Shown in pieces: positions 13,570 through 24,653 of a DNA stretch of 64,000 nt. How positions within the stretch are numbered: position 1 is the stretch's first letter; every line of letters begins with the position of its first letter. The translations under genes and the position numbers were made by a program. The stretch spans positions 558,001-622,000 of the forward strand of contig CM097885.1 of the NCBI GenBank assembly GCA_044892525.1. Reading direction: 5' to 3'. The stretch is from Schmidtea polychroa. Lineage: Eukaryota. The notes below the pieces were generated by a model, which saw nothing but the letters and a program-made list of their open reading frames with translations, searched no databases and was not told the DNA's origin.

Positions 13570-14155
13570 GTACCAGTTTCAATATAAAGAACTACAGAGT
13601 TATAGAGAAAATTCAATTGTCAAATTAATATCGTAGCCGGTGACACAGATTCCTTCTTTCTAGAGTGTAAAAATGTTGATTTACGCTTACAACTATATCC
13701 AAAAATGATTGAAGATGGACTTCAAATTATCCAGTGACTGATTCATTTTTCTCAGATAAAATTTGTTCTGTAATCGGGAAATTCAAGGATGAGAATAAAG
13801 GAAATCAATATAAAGAATGGGTGTTTCTTCGACCCAAGTGCTACTCACTCCAAGGCGATAAAACACTCTAAAAGCCAAAGGAATAAGACTTACAAATTCT
13901 AATATCACCCATGAAGCTTATAAAAAAAGTGTATACTGATGGTGGAACAGTGAGCATCCCAAAAAAAAATAGGAAGTGTCAATCATCAGTTGTATACTTT
14001 CATGACAGAAAAATGAGCTCTCCAATGTTTGGACGATAAAAGGTATTGGTACAATTGTAATGAAAGCTATGCCTACGGTCACTATAAGATTCGTCACATG
14101 CATATTGCAACTTCTATGTCTAGAAATGAATGCAAATCGAAACAAGGACTTTAAC
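13568..14155 (+). pseudogene. polB: 3' fragment of family-B pPolB
   Basis: MYQFQYKE...AGDTDSFF...FLRPKCYS...DDKRYW with frameshifts; near-identical to 32091-32689. Confidence 0.9.
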
Positions 14156-14357
14156 AATTAAATTTATGTGAATAATAAAATATATATTGTGAATTATTTG
14201 ACTTCGTTAATTAAAATATGTTTTATCATTTAATAATTCATTTGTCCAATTAATTTAGATAATTAGTTTTAAGTAAGAATTATTATTTATCATGAAAAAC
14301 TTTGCTTTGTTTTGAAAAATTAATGCCCATTTTATTTTAAATTAACACAGCTTTATT

Positions 14358-15298
14358 AGTAGTGTGGTTATATACCCAACCAAAACAGCCCTCCCAACAA
14401 AACATGCCTCCAAATCACTTAAGCTATTAGAAAAACAACCTAAAACTTTTACTTTTATAGTATTTTAACCCTATATTTTGAAAACAACCACCCTTAATGA
14501 CTCTAACTGTTTTAATTTTTAAAGCCTCAAACTCAAAAGCATCAAACTAAAAAGAGAATAGAAAAGAAAATGGCATTATGAAAAAGTTAGAGGGCTATTT
14601 GATCTTTATCAGATTATTGATTTTAAATTATATAAATTAAAAAATAAATGAAAAATAGTAAAACTGCTCTGAGGGGACAGTGGTATTTTTTTTTTTTTCA
14701 CTGTCCCCTCAACAGTTTTTTTTGATCCGGTTCATTTTTTTTATTTATCAACCTCTTTCGTTTATCGAATCTCTTCCAATATACAAGCTGGCCAGACTCA
14801 TACATCAGAATCAATCCGATAATAGCAGCACACCTTATTATTCGCTTCTCGCTCGAATACGATTTCATCGGCGTTTTAAGTGTGCTGCTCGAAAGTACAA
14901 ATGAATTCGAAAGCGAATTCGAAAGAGGTCCGAAAACAACTGAGAAATAAATGTGCACATTAAAGAATCGATCCGGGGGTGTTCGAAAGACAGGTGGCGA
15001 TAATTACCGGTTCGCCACCATCACCCGTTTCAATATTTTTTTTTTCATATTTATGTTTAAAAAATAATTAATTAATAAAAAAATAAAATAAAATAAAATA
15101 AATAAAATAAAATATACAAGTACTTTATAAATATAAGATACCCACACTATTTTCAATATTATTTTCAAATTTTTAATATTATTTTATGTTGAAAAAAAAA
15201 CTAACCTCAGATGTGATTTGAACCGCTAGCATTTTGAACCACTGTGTCAGTCTAGCCCACTGCGCCATCAAGGTTTGGATTTTTTGTCATTTTTTAAA
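14358..15298 (+). repeat. Left TIR of Polinton A (~940 bp)
   Basis: Reverse complement of ~30472-31416 with scattered substitutions and small indels. Confidence 0.96.
15192..15274 (-). ncRNA. Candidate tRNA-derived Pol III transcription unit within the left TIR
   Basis: A box TGGCGCAGTGG (15267-15257), B box GGTTCAAATC (15224-15215), terminal stem ACCTTG/TGAGGT, T9 terminator; cloverleaf arms not conserved. Confidence 0.55.
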
Positions 15299-15379
15299 TT
15301 TTTATTATAAAAAATGAATAATATAAATCTTAAAAAATAAAATGAAAACAGGGTATCCAATAAAAATTTTTTTCTAAAA

Positions 15380-16012
15380 ATGAATTGTAATATTTGCAAT
15401 AAAGTTTTTAAAAATAAAACTGGATTAATTTCTCACTTAAAATCGAAAGCTCATTTATTAAAAGAAAATAATTTTAATGATACAAATTCAAAACTTTGTC
15501 TTAAATGTAAAGGAAGATTTCTACATTCTGGATATAATAAACATTTTGAAAATTGTATCGGGAAAAATAGAGAAATATTTACATGTCCTCATTGTAACTT
15601 TTCAACAAAACTAAATTTCTATTATTTAGAACATATAAAAGAATGTAAAAATAAAAAACAAAATTCTGACGATGAGGAATGTCATTCAGAAGGAGAGCCT
15701 GATCATGTTGAAAGAGAAAAATATAACTGGGATAATTTTAATCATATAGATGAATTTCAATTAAAAATTAATGGGCCTGCAACTCCTGGAGAATATATAA
15801 ATAAAAATAAAAAAAATATTAAAAATTCTTTCACTGATTCTTTAAAAAATTATAAGCCGACAAGGTATAATGTTATAAAATATAAAATTATAATCAAAGC
15901 AAAATACTGGCGAGGAGCAGAAGAAAAGACAACACCCTTAGATGTTGAAATGGAATACCTTTTAAATATTTATTTTCAATTAAAGGATTTGATAAAACCA
16001 TCAAAGAAATAA
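15380..16012 (+). CDS. Zinc-finger protein (three C2H2/C2HC-like fingers); probable frameshifted N-terminus of pPolB
   Basis: CNIC..H..H, CLKC..H..C, CPHC..H..C; overlaps the open pPolB frame from 15949. Confidence 0.8.
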   Translation: MNCNICNKVFKNKTGLISHLKSKAHLLKENNFNDTNSKLCLKCKGRFLHSGYNKHFENCIGKNREIFTCPHCNFSTKLNFYYLEHIKECKNKKQNSDDEECHSEGEPDHVEREKYNWDNFNHIDEFQLKINGPATPGEYINKNKKNIKNSFTDSLKNYKPTRYNVIKYKIIIKAKYWRGAEEKTTPLDVEMEYLLNIYFQLKDLIKPSKK

Positions 16013-19000
16013 TTAAAGCAGCAGAAGCAAAACAAGAGGAAGTAGAAAATGAATTAGGAGATTCAAACTTAGTATTCAACTCTTTCCAAACTTTAGTGAT
16101 TGATTATTGGAGAGGATTACCACCCAATTCTAAATCTTATATTTCTACACCCTTTAAATCTAAAAATGTTATAAATGTACAGAATAATGATAACAAATGT
16201 TTCATCTGGTCAATACTTGCACATTTACATCCTCAAGCAACAAATCCCCAAAGAGTTTCAAAATACAAACAATATGAAAATGAATTAATATTTCCCAAAG
16301 GATTCAAACACCCAATGAAACTAGAAGACATTCCAGAATTTGAAAAATTAAATAATCTTAAACTTAATATTTATGAACATGTTATAGGGAAAGAAATTAT
16401 TCCAATTTATATTTCAGATAGTGGAACCAAGGATAACGGAGCACAGGACAATGAGATATATCTTTTAATCTTGGAACAAGAAAATAATCAACATTATGTT
16501 TTAATAAAAAACTTTCAAGCTTTTAGATCTCCAGAGAATCCAACTAGTGGAGGAGGAACATGTAAAAGATGTCTTCATTATTCAACAACTAAAAACTCTA
16601 TGATTAAACATACAAGATTTTGTGAAAAAGATGATCCAGCTTTAATTAAAATGCCTAATAATCCCAAGATGTATTTTAAAAACTTTTCAAATTTACTACA
16701 AACAGTTGGAGTTCTTTATGGTGACTTTGAATCTATAAACCATAAACAAGATTTGGTTTATCAATATTTAAAAATAATAGAAAAAAATAAACTCATGGAT
16801 TTATGGAACTCCTCAGGAGAGAAGATGAAACCAGAGAGGATGAAAGCCTTTCTAAGAAAAAGAAATAAACCTAATAGTGTTAAAAAAACTAAACAATTAT
16901 CATCTGCTTATAAATTATTATTTAAAAGTAATTATCCTGAACTCATAGAATCTAGAGAATATTCAATTCTAGGAGGTACCCCTGAAGAAGTCTTGAATCA
17001 TTTTACTAAAAATATAAATGATCTAGAACATGAAATATTTAAAATATTAAAAACAAAGTATCCTCAAAATATTTCTAATCAACAACAACAAGAATATGAA
17101 AATACTTCCAACTGTTGGATGTGTAAACAGAATATTCTTCCTGATGAAAAAGTTATAGATCATGATCATTTAAAAAAGGAAAATAATTATCGAGGAGCAG
17201 CTCATAAAAATTGCAATCTTAATTGCCATACTCCTAAATTTATACCTGTTATATTTCATAATCTTTTTGGATATGACATACATCTATTTATTAAACACCT
17301 CGCAGCAAATGCTAAAAACTCTTTCAAAGTTATCGGCTTAACAAAGGAAAAATATAAATCAATTGAATATGGAAAATTAAAATTTATAGACTCGTTAAAC
17401 TTTCTCCAAATGTCTTTAGATGCAGTAGCAAAAACAATGAAAGCAGAAAATTTTAAAATCACTGGAGAATTCTTGGAAAAAAATAATATTCCTCTAGAAG
17501 AATATCCTACATGTTTAGCAAAAGGAATATATCCTTATGACTATGTTGACTCGTTTGAAAGATATAATGAAACAAGTCTTCCTAGCCAAGAAGATTTCTA
17601 TTCACAACTTCAAAAAAATCATATTACAAATCAAGAATATTCTCGAGCAAATAAAATGTGGGAATTATTCAAGTGTAAAACTTTAGGAGAATATACAAGT
17701 ATGTATTTATCCTTGGATGTTTATATTCTAGCAGATTGCTTTGAAGAATTTACAAAATCTTTTGTTCTTAAACCCTATAATTATATAACTGCACCCTCTT
17801 TAGCTTGGGATACTATGTTATATACCATTTGGACTTCAAATATAGAAGATGCTGATAAAATTATAGATCTTTTAACTAACCTCGATATGTTTAACCAAAT
17901 TAAAACAAACATTAGAGGAGGAGTCTCTTCAGTAATGGGGAATAGAGAAATAAAAGCTAGAAATGCAATAACTACTAGCCGAAGACTATCTAAACACCCT
18001 GATGATCCATATATGAAAATTAACAATGAGGAATTAAAAGAATTATTAGAAACAATGAAAAATCCTATATTTATACTTTATATAGATGCAACAGCTTTAT
18101 ATTCAGGAATTATGACTCAATATTTACCAATGAGTGATTTCACTGAAATAGAGAACCCAACAGATGACCTTATGAAAGAAATACTTTCAACATCGAAAGA
18201 TTCTCCAATAGGTTACTTTATAGAATGTGACCTCGACTATCCAGATGATATAAAATCAGGAACAAGATATTTTCCTTTAGTTCCCATAAGCCGACAAGGT
18301 ATAATGTTATAAAATATAAAATTATAATCAAAGCAAAATACTGGCGAGGAGCAGAAGAAAAGACAACACCCTTAGATGTTGAAATGGAATACCTTTTAAA
18401 TATTTATTTTCAATTAAAGGATTTGATAAAACCATCAAAGAAATAATTAAAGCAGCAGAAGCAAAACAAGAGGAAGTAGAAAATGAATTAGGAGATTCAA
18501 ACTTAGTATTCAACTCTTTCCAAACTTTAGTGATTGATTATTGGAGAGGATTACCACCCAATCCTAAATCTTATATTCCTACACCCTTTAAATCTAAAAA
18601 TGTTATAAATGTACAGAATAATGATAACAAATGTTTCATCTGGTCAATACTTGCACATTTACATCCTCAAGCAACAAATCCCCAAAGAGTTTCAAAATAC
18701 AAACAATATGAAAATGAATTAATATTTCCCAAAGGATTCAAACACCCAATGAAACTAGAAGACATTCCAGAATTTGAAAAATTAAATAATCTTAAACTTA
18801 ATATTTATGAACATGTTATAGGGAAAGAAATTATTCCAATTTATATTTCAGATAGTGGAACCAAGGATAACGGAGCACAGGACAATGAGATATATCTTTT
18901 AATCTTGGAACAAGAAAATAATCAACATTATGTTTTAATAAAAAACTTTCAAGCTTTTAGATCTCCAGAGAATCCAACTAGTGGAGGAGGAACATGTAAA

Positions 19001-20724
19001 AGATGTCTTCATTATTCAACAACTAAAAACTCTATGATTAAACATACAAGATTTTGTGAAAAAGATGATCCAGCTTTAATTAAAATGCCTAATAATCCCA
19101 AGATGTATTTTAAAAACTTTTCAAATTTACTACAAACAGTTGGAGTTCTTTATGGTGACTTTGAATCTATAAACCATAAACAAGATTTGGTTTATCAATA
19201 TTTAAAAATAATAGAAAAAAATAAACTCATGGATTTATGGAACTCCTCAGGAGAGAAGATGAAACCAGAGAGGATGAAAGCCTTTCTAAGAAAAAGAAAT
19301 AAACCTAATAGTGTTAAAAAAACTAAACAATTATCATCTGCTTATAAATTATTATTTAAAAGTAATTATCCTGAACTCATAGAATCTAGAGAATATTCAA
19401 TTCTAGGAGGTACCCCTGAAGAAGTCTTGAATCATTTTACTAAAAATATAAATGATCTAGAACATGAAATATTTAAAATATTAAAAACAAAGTATCCTCA
19501 AAATATTTCTAATCAACAACAACAAGAATATGAAAATACTTCCAACTGTTGGATGTGTAAACAGAATATTCTTCCTGATGAAAAAGTTATAGATCATGAT
19601 CATTTAAAAAAGGAAAATAATTATCGAGGAGCAGCTCATAAAAATTGCAATCTTAATTGCCATACTCCTAAATTTATACCTGTTATATTTCATAATCTTT
19701 TTGGATATGACATACATCTATTTATTAAACACCTCGCAGCAAATGCTAAAAACTCTTTCAAAGTTATCGGCTTAACAAAGGAAAAATATAAATCAATTGA
19801 ATATGGAAAATTAAAATTTATAGACTCGTTAAACTTTCTCCAAATGTCTTTAGATGCAGTAGCAAAAACAATGAAAGCAGAAAATTTTAAAATCACTGGA
19901 GAATTCTTGGAAAAAAATAATATTCCTCTAGAAGAATATCCTACATGTTTAGCAAAAGGAATATATCCTTATGACTATGTTGACTCGTTTGAAAGATATA
20001 ATGAAACAAGTCTTCCTAGCCAAGAAGATTTCTATTCACAACTTCAAAAAAATCATATTACAAATCAAGAATATTCTCGAGCAAATAAAATGTGGGAATT
20101 ATTCAAGTGTAAAACTTTAGGAGAATATACAAGTATGTATTTATCCTTGGATGTTTATATTCTAGCAGATTGCTTTGAAGAATTTACAAAATCTTTTGTT
20201 CTTAAACCCTATAATTATATAACTGCACCCTCTTTAGCTTGGGATACTATGTTATATACCATTTGGACTTCAAATATAGAAGATGCTGATAAAATTATAG
20301 ATCTTTTAACTAACCTCGATATGTTTAACCAAATTAAAACAAACATTAGAGGAGGAGTCTCTTCAGTAATGGGGAATAGAGAAATAAAAGCTAGAAATGC
20401 AATAACTACTAGCCGAAGACTATCTAAACACCCTGATGATCCATATATGAAAATTAACAATGAGGAATTAAAAGAATTATTAGAAACAATGAAAAATCCT
20501 ATATTTATACTTTATATAGATGCAACAGCTTTATATTCAGGAATTATGACTCAATATTTACCAATGAGTGATTTCACTGAAATAGAGAACCCAACAGATG
20601 ACCTTATGAAAGAAATACTTTCAACATCGAAAGATTCTCCAATAGGTTACTTTATAGAATGTGACCTCGACTATCCAGATGATATAAAATCAGGAACAAG
20701 ATATTTTCCTTTAGTTCCCATAAG
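15852..20724 (+). repeat. 2,434-bp internal tandem duplication in the pPolB gene
   Basis: ATAAG microhomology at 15852, 18286 and 20720; near-identical translations. Confidence 0.96.
15949..18312 (+). pseudogene. polB: Truncated first copy of pPolB (ends after motif A at the duplication junction)
   Basis: Same translation as the 18530 ORF (two differences) up to FPLVPI, then out-of-frame junction sequence. Confidence 0.9.
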
Positions 20725-22123
20725 AAGAAAGATTGATATCAACGAACTTCCTGAATGGCAAATCTCACAAGATAAACCTCCAACAATGAAACTTCTTTGT
20801 GATCAAACAGATCGAAGGTTTTATCTTTGTCACTATAGACTCCTCCAATTTTATCTCTCACGAGGAATGATATTAAAAAAAGTTCATAGTGTCATAAGAT
20901 TTAAACAAGCTCCATTCATGAAAGCTTTTATCGAGGAGAACATTAGGTGTCGAAACATTGCAAAAAGAGAAGGTAACCTTTTTAAAGATAATAATTATAA
21001 ACTTTTAAACAATTCAGTCTTTGGGAAAACAATGGAGAATGTTGATAAATATACTCATATTGAACTCCTAACAAATACTACCAAAGATATTAAGCGTTAT
21101 AATCGCATGCTAGGAAAGCCTACATTTAAAAACGCACAAGTATTTTCTGAAAATCATACTGCAGTAGAATTAAAAAATTATGAGAAAACATATAACAAAC
21201 CAATATTTATAGGGTTTACAATTTTAGAACTTTCAAAATTACAAATGTATGAAACATATTATAACATCTTACAACCTATATACGGAGCAAATATATCAAT
21301 GCATGCAATGGATACAGATTCAATGTTTTTAACAATAAGAACTCATGATTTACAAAAAGATATGAAAGAAAATCCTATACTTTCAAATTTAATAAATTCA
21401 TCTGGAGAACTATTTTCGTTTAAAGATGAAAAACCTTTTACTCCTATAGAAAATGGAATATTTATTCGTGCTAAACAATATTCATACGAAACATTTAGAA
21501 ACCCTGAATTTATAACTAGATCATTTATATTTAAAACTCCAGAAACAGAAGAAACCATTACACATAGATATCCTATATTTCCTAAAGGACCAGAGGGACA
21601 AGAAGAAAAACCTGTAAAGGATAACAGATGTAAAGGAATACAGAGAGTGGTGGCAAAGAATCTTTCTCATCAAGATTATATAGATACATTGAATCCAAAT
21701 CATAAAGATAAAATTGATGAAATACATCAACTTAAAAGTGAAAACCATGATATTCACTTGATAGAATCTCAAAAAGTATCATTATCAAATTATGATGATA
21801 AGAGATTCATACTAAGTGATTTAAAGACAACTCTACCTATTGGAAATAATTTAATTCCTATAATAAAAAATCTAGAAAAGTTGAATAAGTTATATGATAC
21901 AAAGATTACTGATCTTGATATTTATAATGTTGAAATTATTTATCCCGAGAGAGAAATCGAGAAACCTTTATATTCTCAAGTTTTTAATCCTATATGTTTA
22001 GAACTTAAATATTTTAATACTGATCCTGAATATATAAAAGGTCTAAGTGATAAAGAATTTAAAGATCATAAATTAATGATTCATAGGTTGGCTTTAACCA
22101 TAACTGAAACCAACGATATTTAA
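18383..22123 (+). CDS. polB: Protein-primed family B DNA polymerase with EndoVII-like insert (open frame begins ~18383; ORF track start 18530)
   Basis: Exo YGDFES and FHNLFGYD; DHDH...YRGAAH..CN; YIDATALY, KLLNNSVFGK, MDTDS, AKQY, DDKR. Confidence 0.96.
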   Translation, partial: NGIPFKYLFSIKGFDKTIKEIIKAAEAKQEEVENELGDSNLVFNSFQTLVIDYWRGLPPNPKSYIPTPFKSKNVINVQNNDNKCFIWSILAHLHPQATNPQRVSKYKQYENELIFPKGFKHPMKLEDIPEFEKLNNLKLNIYEHVIGKEIIPIYISDSGTKDNGAQDNEIYLLILEQENNQHYVLIKNFQAFRSPENPTSGGGTCKRCLHYSTTKNSMIKHTRFCEKDDPALIKMPNNPKMYFKNFSNLLQTVGVLYGDFESINHKQDLVYQYLKIIEKNKLMDLWNSSGEKMKPERMKAFLRKRNKPNSVKKTKQLSSAYKLLFKSNYPELIESREYSILGGTPEEVLNHFTKNINDLEHEIFKILKTKYPQNISNQQQQEYENTSNCWMCKQNILPDEKVIDHDHLKKENNYRGAAHKNCNLNCHTPKFIPVIFHNLFGYDIHLFIKHLAANAKNSFKVIGLTKEKYKSIEYGKLKFIDSLNFLQMSLDAVAKTMKAENFKITGEFLEKNNIPLEEYPTCLAKGIYPYDYVDSFERYNETSLPSQEDFYSQLQKNHITNQEYSRANKMWELFKCKTLGEYTSMYLSLDVYILADCFEEFTKSFVLKPYNYITAPSLAWDTMLYTIWTSNIEDADKIIDLLTNLDMFNQIKTNIRGGVSSVMGNREIKARNAITTSRRLSKHPDDPYMKINNEELKELLETMKNPIFILYIDATALYSGIMTQYLPMSDFTEIENPTDDLMKEILSTSKDSPIGYFIECDLDYPDDIKSGTRYFPLVPIRRKIDINELPEWQISQDKPPTMKLLCDQTDRRFYLCHYRLLQFYLSRGMILKKVHSVIRFKQAPFMKAFIEENIRCRNIAKREGNLFKDNNYKLLNNSVFGKTMENVDKYTHIELLTNTTKDIKRYNRMLGKPTFKNAQVFSENHTAVELKNYEKTYNKPIFIGFTILELSKLQMYETYYNILQPIYGANISMHAMDTDSMFLTIRTHDLQKDMKENPILSNLINSSGELFSFKDEKPFTPIENGIFIRAKQYSYETFRNPEFITRSFIFKTPETEETITHRYPIFPKGPEGQEEKPVKDNRCKGIQRVVAKNLSHQDYIDTLNPNHKDKIDEIHQLKSENHDIHLIESQKVSLSNYDDKRFILSDLKTTLPIGNNLIPIIKNLEKLNKLYDTKITDLDIYNVEIIYPEREIEKPLYSQVFNPICLELKYFNTDPEYIKGLSDKEFKDHKLMIHRLALTITETNDI

Positions 22124-22201
22124 TTTTTTAATAATAAAATGTCGACAATTAATTTAAGCAACTATAGCAACCTGATCTACTTTTTTAAAAATACACCCAT
22201 T

Positions 22202-22762
22202 TTATAAGTAAGAATTCTTTAACCATTTTTCTCGAGATGTTTTTTTATTACTTATAACATTAGCCACCATGCCCTCCCTTTTTAATCTTATAACCTCATT
22301 CTTTATATCTTGTATTATTTGATTTGATTTCATTATTTCTTCGTCTGTCAGGATTCCATCTTCCAAAGCTTTTAATTGAAATAAAAATAATTTAGAGATT
22401 CCTAATTCTATTGATAAACAAACTTCTCTATATAAACTTTTCTTTTTAGAAGTATAAGATAATGAAACTATTTCAGTTAAGAAACCATCAGCCACAGAAA
22501 TACTTCCAAGTATTACAGGTGCAAGAGTAACAACTGGTAAAGTTATGGGTAAAATAACTGTTAATATTGCAGATGCAAATCCTAAAGAATAATCTATAAC
22601 TTTTAAAACTGTATTCCCTTTATTCCATCTATTTTTAATTTTTTTATAATGCTTTAATAAATCTTGTAAATGTAAGGTTTCTGATTTAAATTCTTTTACT
22701 CTCATAATTTCAAGTTCTGTGGGAGCCGAGGCCTTGGAAGAATAATATCCTGATGATCTCAA
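22202..22762 (-). CDS. Predicted two-TM membrane protein, resembling the 'GasderminX'-type ORF of adintoviruses (tentative); start uncertain
   Basis: Central hydrophobic pair, upstream in-frame IYPEL...SAP, C-terminal KALEDGILTDEE. Confidence 0.55.
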   Translation of the reverse strand: MRSSGYYSSKASAPTELEIMRVKEFKSETLHLQDLLKHYKKIKNRWNKGNTVLKVIDYSLGFASAILTVILPITLPVVTLAPVILGSISVADGFLTEIVSLSYTSKKKSLYREVCLSIELGISKLFLFQLKALEDGILTDEEIMKSNQIIQDIKNEVIRLKREGMVANVISNKKTSREKWLKNSYL

Positions 22763-22806
22763 TTCTGGGTAAATTTTTTCTTCTCTTACTTCTTCCTTTT
22801 TAATAT

Positions 22807-23817
22807 TTAAAAAAATAAGACTTTATTCTTCTGAGCACCATCTGGCACCAATACTCGGATGTCAAAAGAAACTCTTGTTGAGAGGATATCTTTATACAAT
22901 TCTCTCAATGCTTTACGAACTTCATCAACATCAACCTTTTTTTCATAAAATATTAAATCTATATATTGTACAAGTGAACTAGAAAAATGAATATTCTTAC
23001 TTTTAACTTTATGTAGTCCATGTGAATGAGTATTAACATACCAATCTCCGTGTGGTAAATCATAACTAGTCATTATAACATCACCCTTTTCAAGCTTACT
23101 ATTATAATCACATTTCACAAACCATTTCATTCTTTCATTATCATCATCAAACAAAAAGAAATAAGGATCAATAATTTTTACAACCATAAAAACACCCCAT
23201 TCTTTACTGTTTGTTGTTATTAAACTTGGTTCTATAAAATGTTTATATGTATGGGGTAATAATGTTTTATTCTGTTCTAATTCAGCAGCTCTTTTTCTAA
23301 TACTATGTGTGGTGTTAATGTGTGTTCCATGAGACTCTAAATTTGAAATTCTTTTATTAAATGATGTAATCATCTCATTTATTATTTTATATATTGTATT
23401 AAATTTAGTATTCATAATTTGTTTATCTTTAGAATTTAATATAGCAGTATTTAATTTTACAACTTGTTCAGTTAACAGACTTTGTAACTTGTCAAATTTA
23501 TCATTAAATCGTTGTTCGATATTATTAAGCTTTGATTCCATTGAATCAATGTTTGTTGTTAATGAACTTTCAATTCTTGTTGTTGTTAAATCAGTAAAAT
23601 TTTTAACACCATCAACATATTTTTTATTAACTGCATCAGCTTCATCAGTTGGTAAAGATAAATCTTTTATCTTGTGTCCATTTAAATTTAAATCTCCTTT
23701 CATTGAATCACCTCTTTCATTAATATATTTATTTTCTGTTAAAGTTAATATTTCTTCTGTATTAAACCCTGTTTTTATTGTTCTACCACCTCTATTACAT
23801 GGAATATAAGAACTCAT
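22807..23817 (-). CDS. Fiber/spike-like virion protein
   Basis: GDSMKGDLNLNGHKIKDLSLPTDEADAVNKKYVD motif, then a coiled coil, an RKR/AA site and a globular C-terminus; adjacent to the penton gene. Confidence 0.65.
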   Translation of the reverse strand: MSSYIPCNRGGRTIKTGFNTEEILTLTENKYINERGDSMKGDLNLNGHKIKDLSLPTDEADAVNKKYVDGVKNFTDLTTTRIESSLTTNIDSMESKLNNIEQRFNDKFDKLQSLLTEQVVKLNTAILNSKDKQIMNTKFNTIYKIINEMITSFNKRISNLESHGTHINTTHSIRKRAAELEQNKTLLPHTYKHFIEPSLITTNSKEWGVFMVVKIIDPYFFLFDDDNERMKWFVKCDYNSKLEKGDVIMTSYDLPHGDWYVNTHSHGLHKVKSKNIHFSSSLVQYIDLIFYEKKVDVDEVRKALRELYKDILSTRVSFDIRVLVPDGAQKNKVLFF

Positions 23818-23841
23818 TTATTAATAATTTAAAATGAATCT

Positions 23842-24605
23842 TCAAACCTGTTTCAAATGTAAATACATTGAAATCTCTTCTCCATTAAAATCAATCAATT
23901 CTCCTTCTTGATTAAGAATTTTAAAATTAATATCCATTATATATTTTCTACATAAAGGTAAATAATTTGGAGGATTCATTCTTTCAACTATTTTATATCC
24001 CATAGGAACTGTGTTTGAGGGAAAGGAATATAAAACATTTGTTTGTTTACCATTATTATAAAAACCTGTTATACAATCGCAATGAATATTTATTGTGTTT
24101 GTATTTATTATTTTTATAATATTTTCTGATGTTATTATTTTATCTTCTTTTATTGTTATATCCATAGGTTTAAATCCTAAAACTGTGTAAAGAAACAATT
24201 ATCTAAAAAACTAATTTTTAAATTCTTCAAAGTCATTACACATTTTGAAGTTGGTATATCCATTTTAATTTTAATACCTTCATTTGTTTTTTTAGAAAGT
24301 ATATCATTTAAATCTTTTATCTCATATGCCCCAGGTTCTATTGTTATAATTTCTGGTTTATGCCCATCACGAGTTTGAATAGTAAATTTATTATTATCTT
24401 TAGTTATATTAAAAATAGTATTATAAGCACAAAACCATAATAGCCCCAATTCATAATTTAAATTTTGATCTAATTTAATTGAATCTTGAAAGTTTATAGT
24501 AAAGTCTGATTCTTTTGAATTTATAGATAAAGTTCTTGAATATTTATCTGACATTATGTTTACCATTTTTTTTAAATTATCTTCCGGAGGCTTGTGAAGC
24601 TCCAT
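23842..24605 (-). CDS. Minor capsid protein (penton, single jelly-roll), split by one frameshift near 24195
   Basis: FTINF..IKLD..YELGL, IEPGAYEIKDLN, VLGF, INIHCDCITG.Y.NG, NQEGELIDFNGE motifs. Confidence 0.85.
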
Positions 24606-24653
24606 TTCTTTAGTAGTAAATTCATATAGTAAAAATCCTTATAGTAAAAATCC

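Noticed and set aside
14680..14958. Short ORFs within the TIRs (also 30698-31065)
   Set aside because: No motifs, ends differ between the two TIRs, and they are likely by-products of the GC-rich island
15204..15274. Functional tRNA gene
   Set aside because: D, anticodon and T stems do not pair; kept only as a Pol III-like unit
17256..21772. Antisense ORFs over pPolB (similarly over the RT, integrase and transposase genes)
   Set aside because: Shadow frames of real genes with no independent motifs
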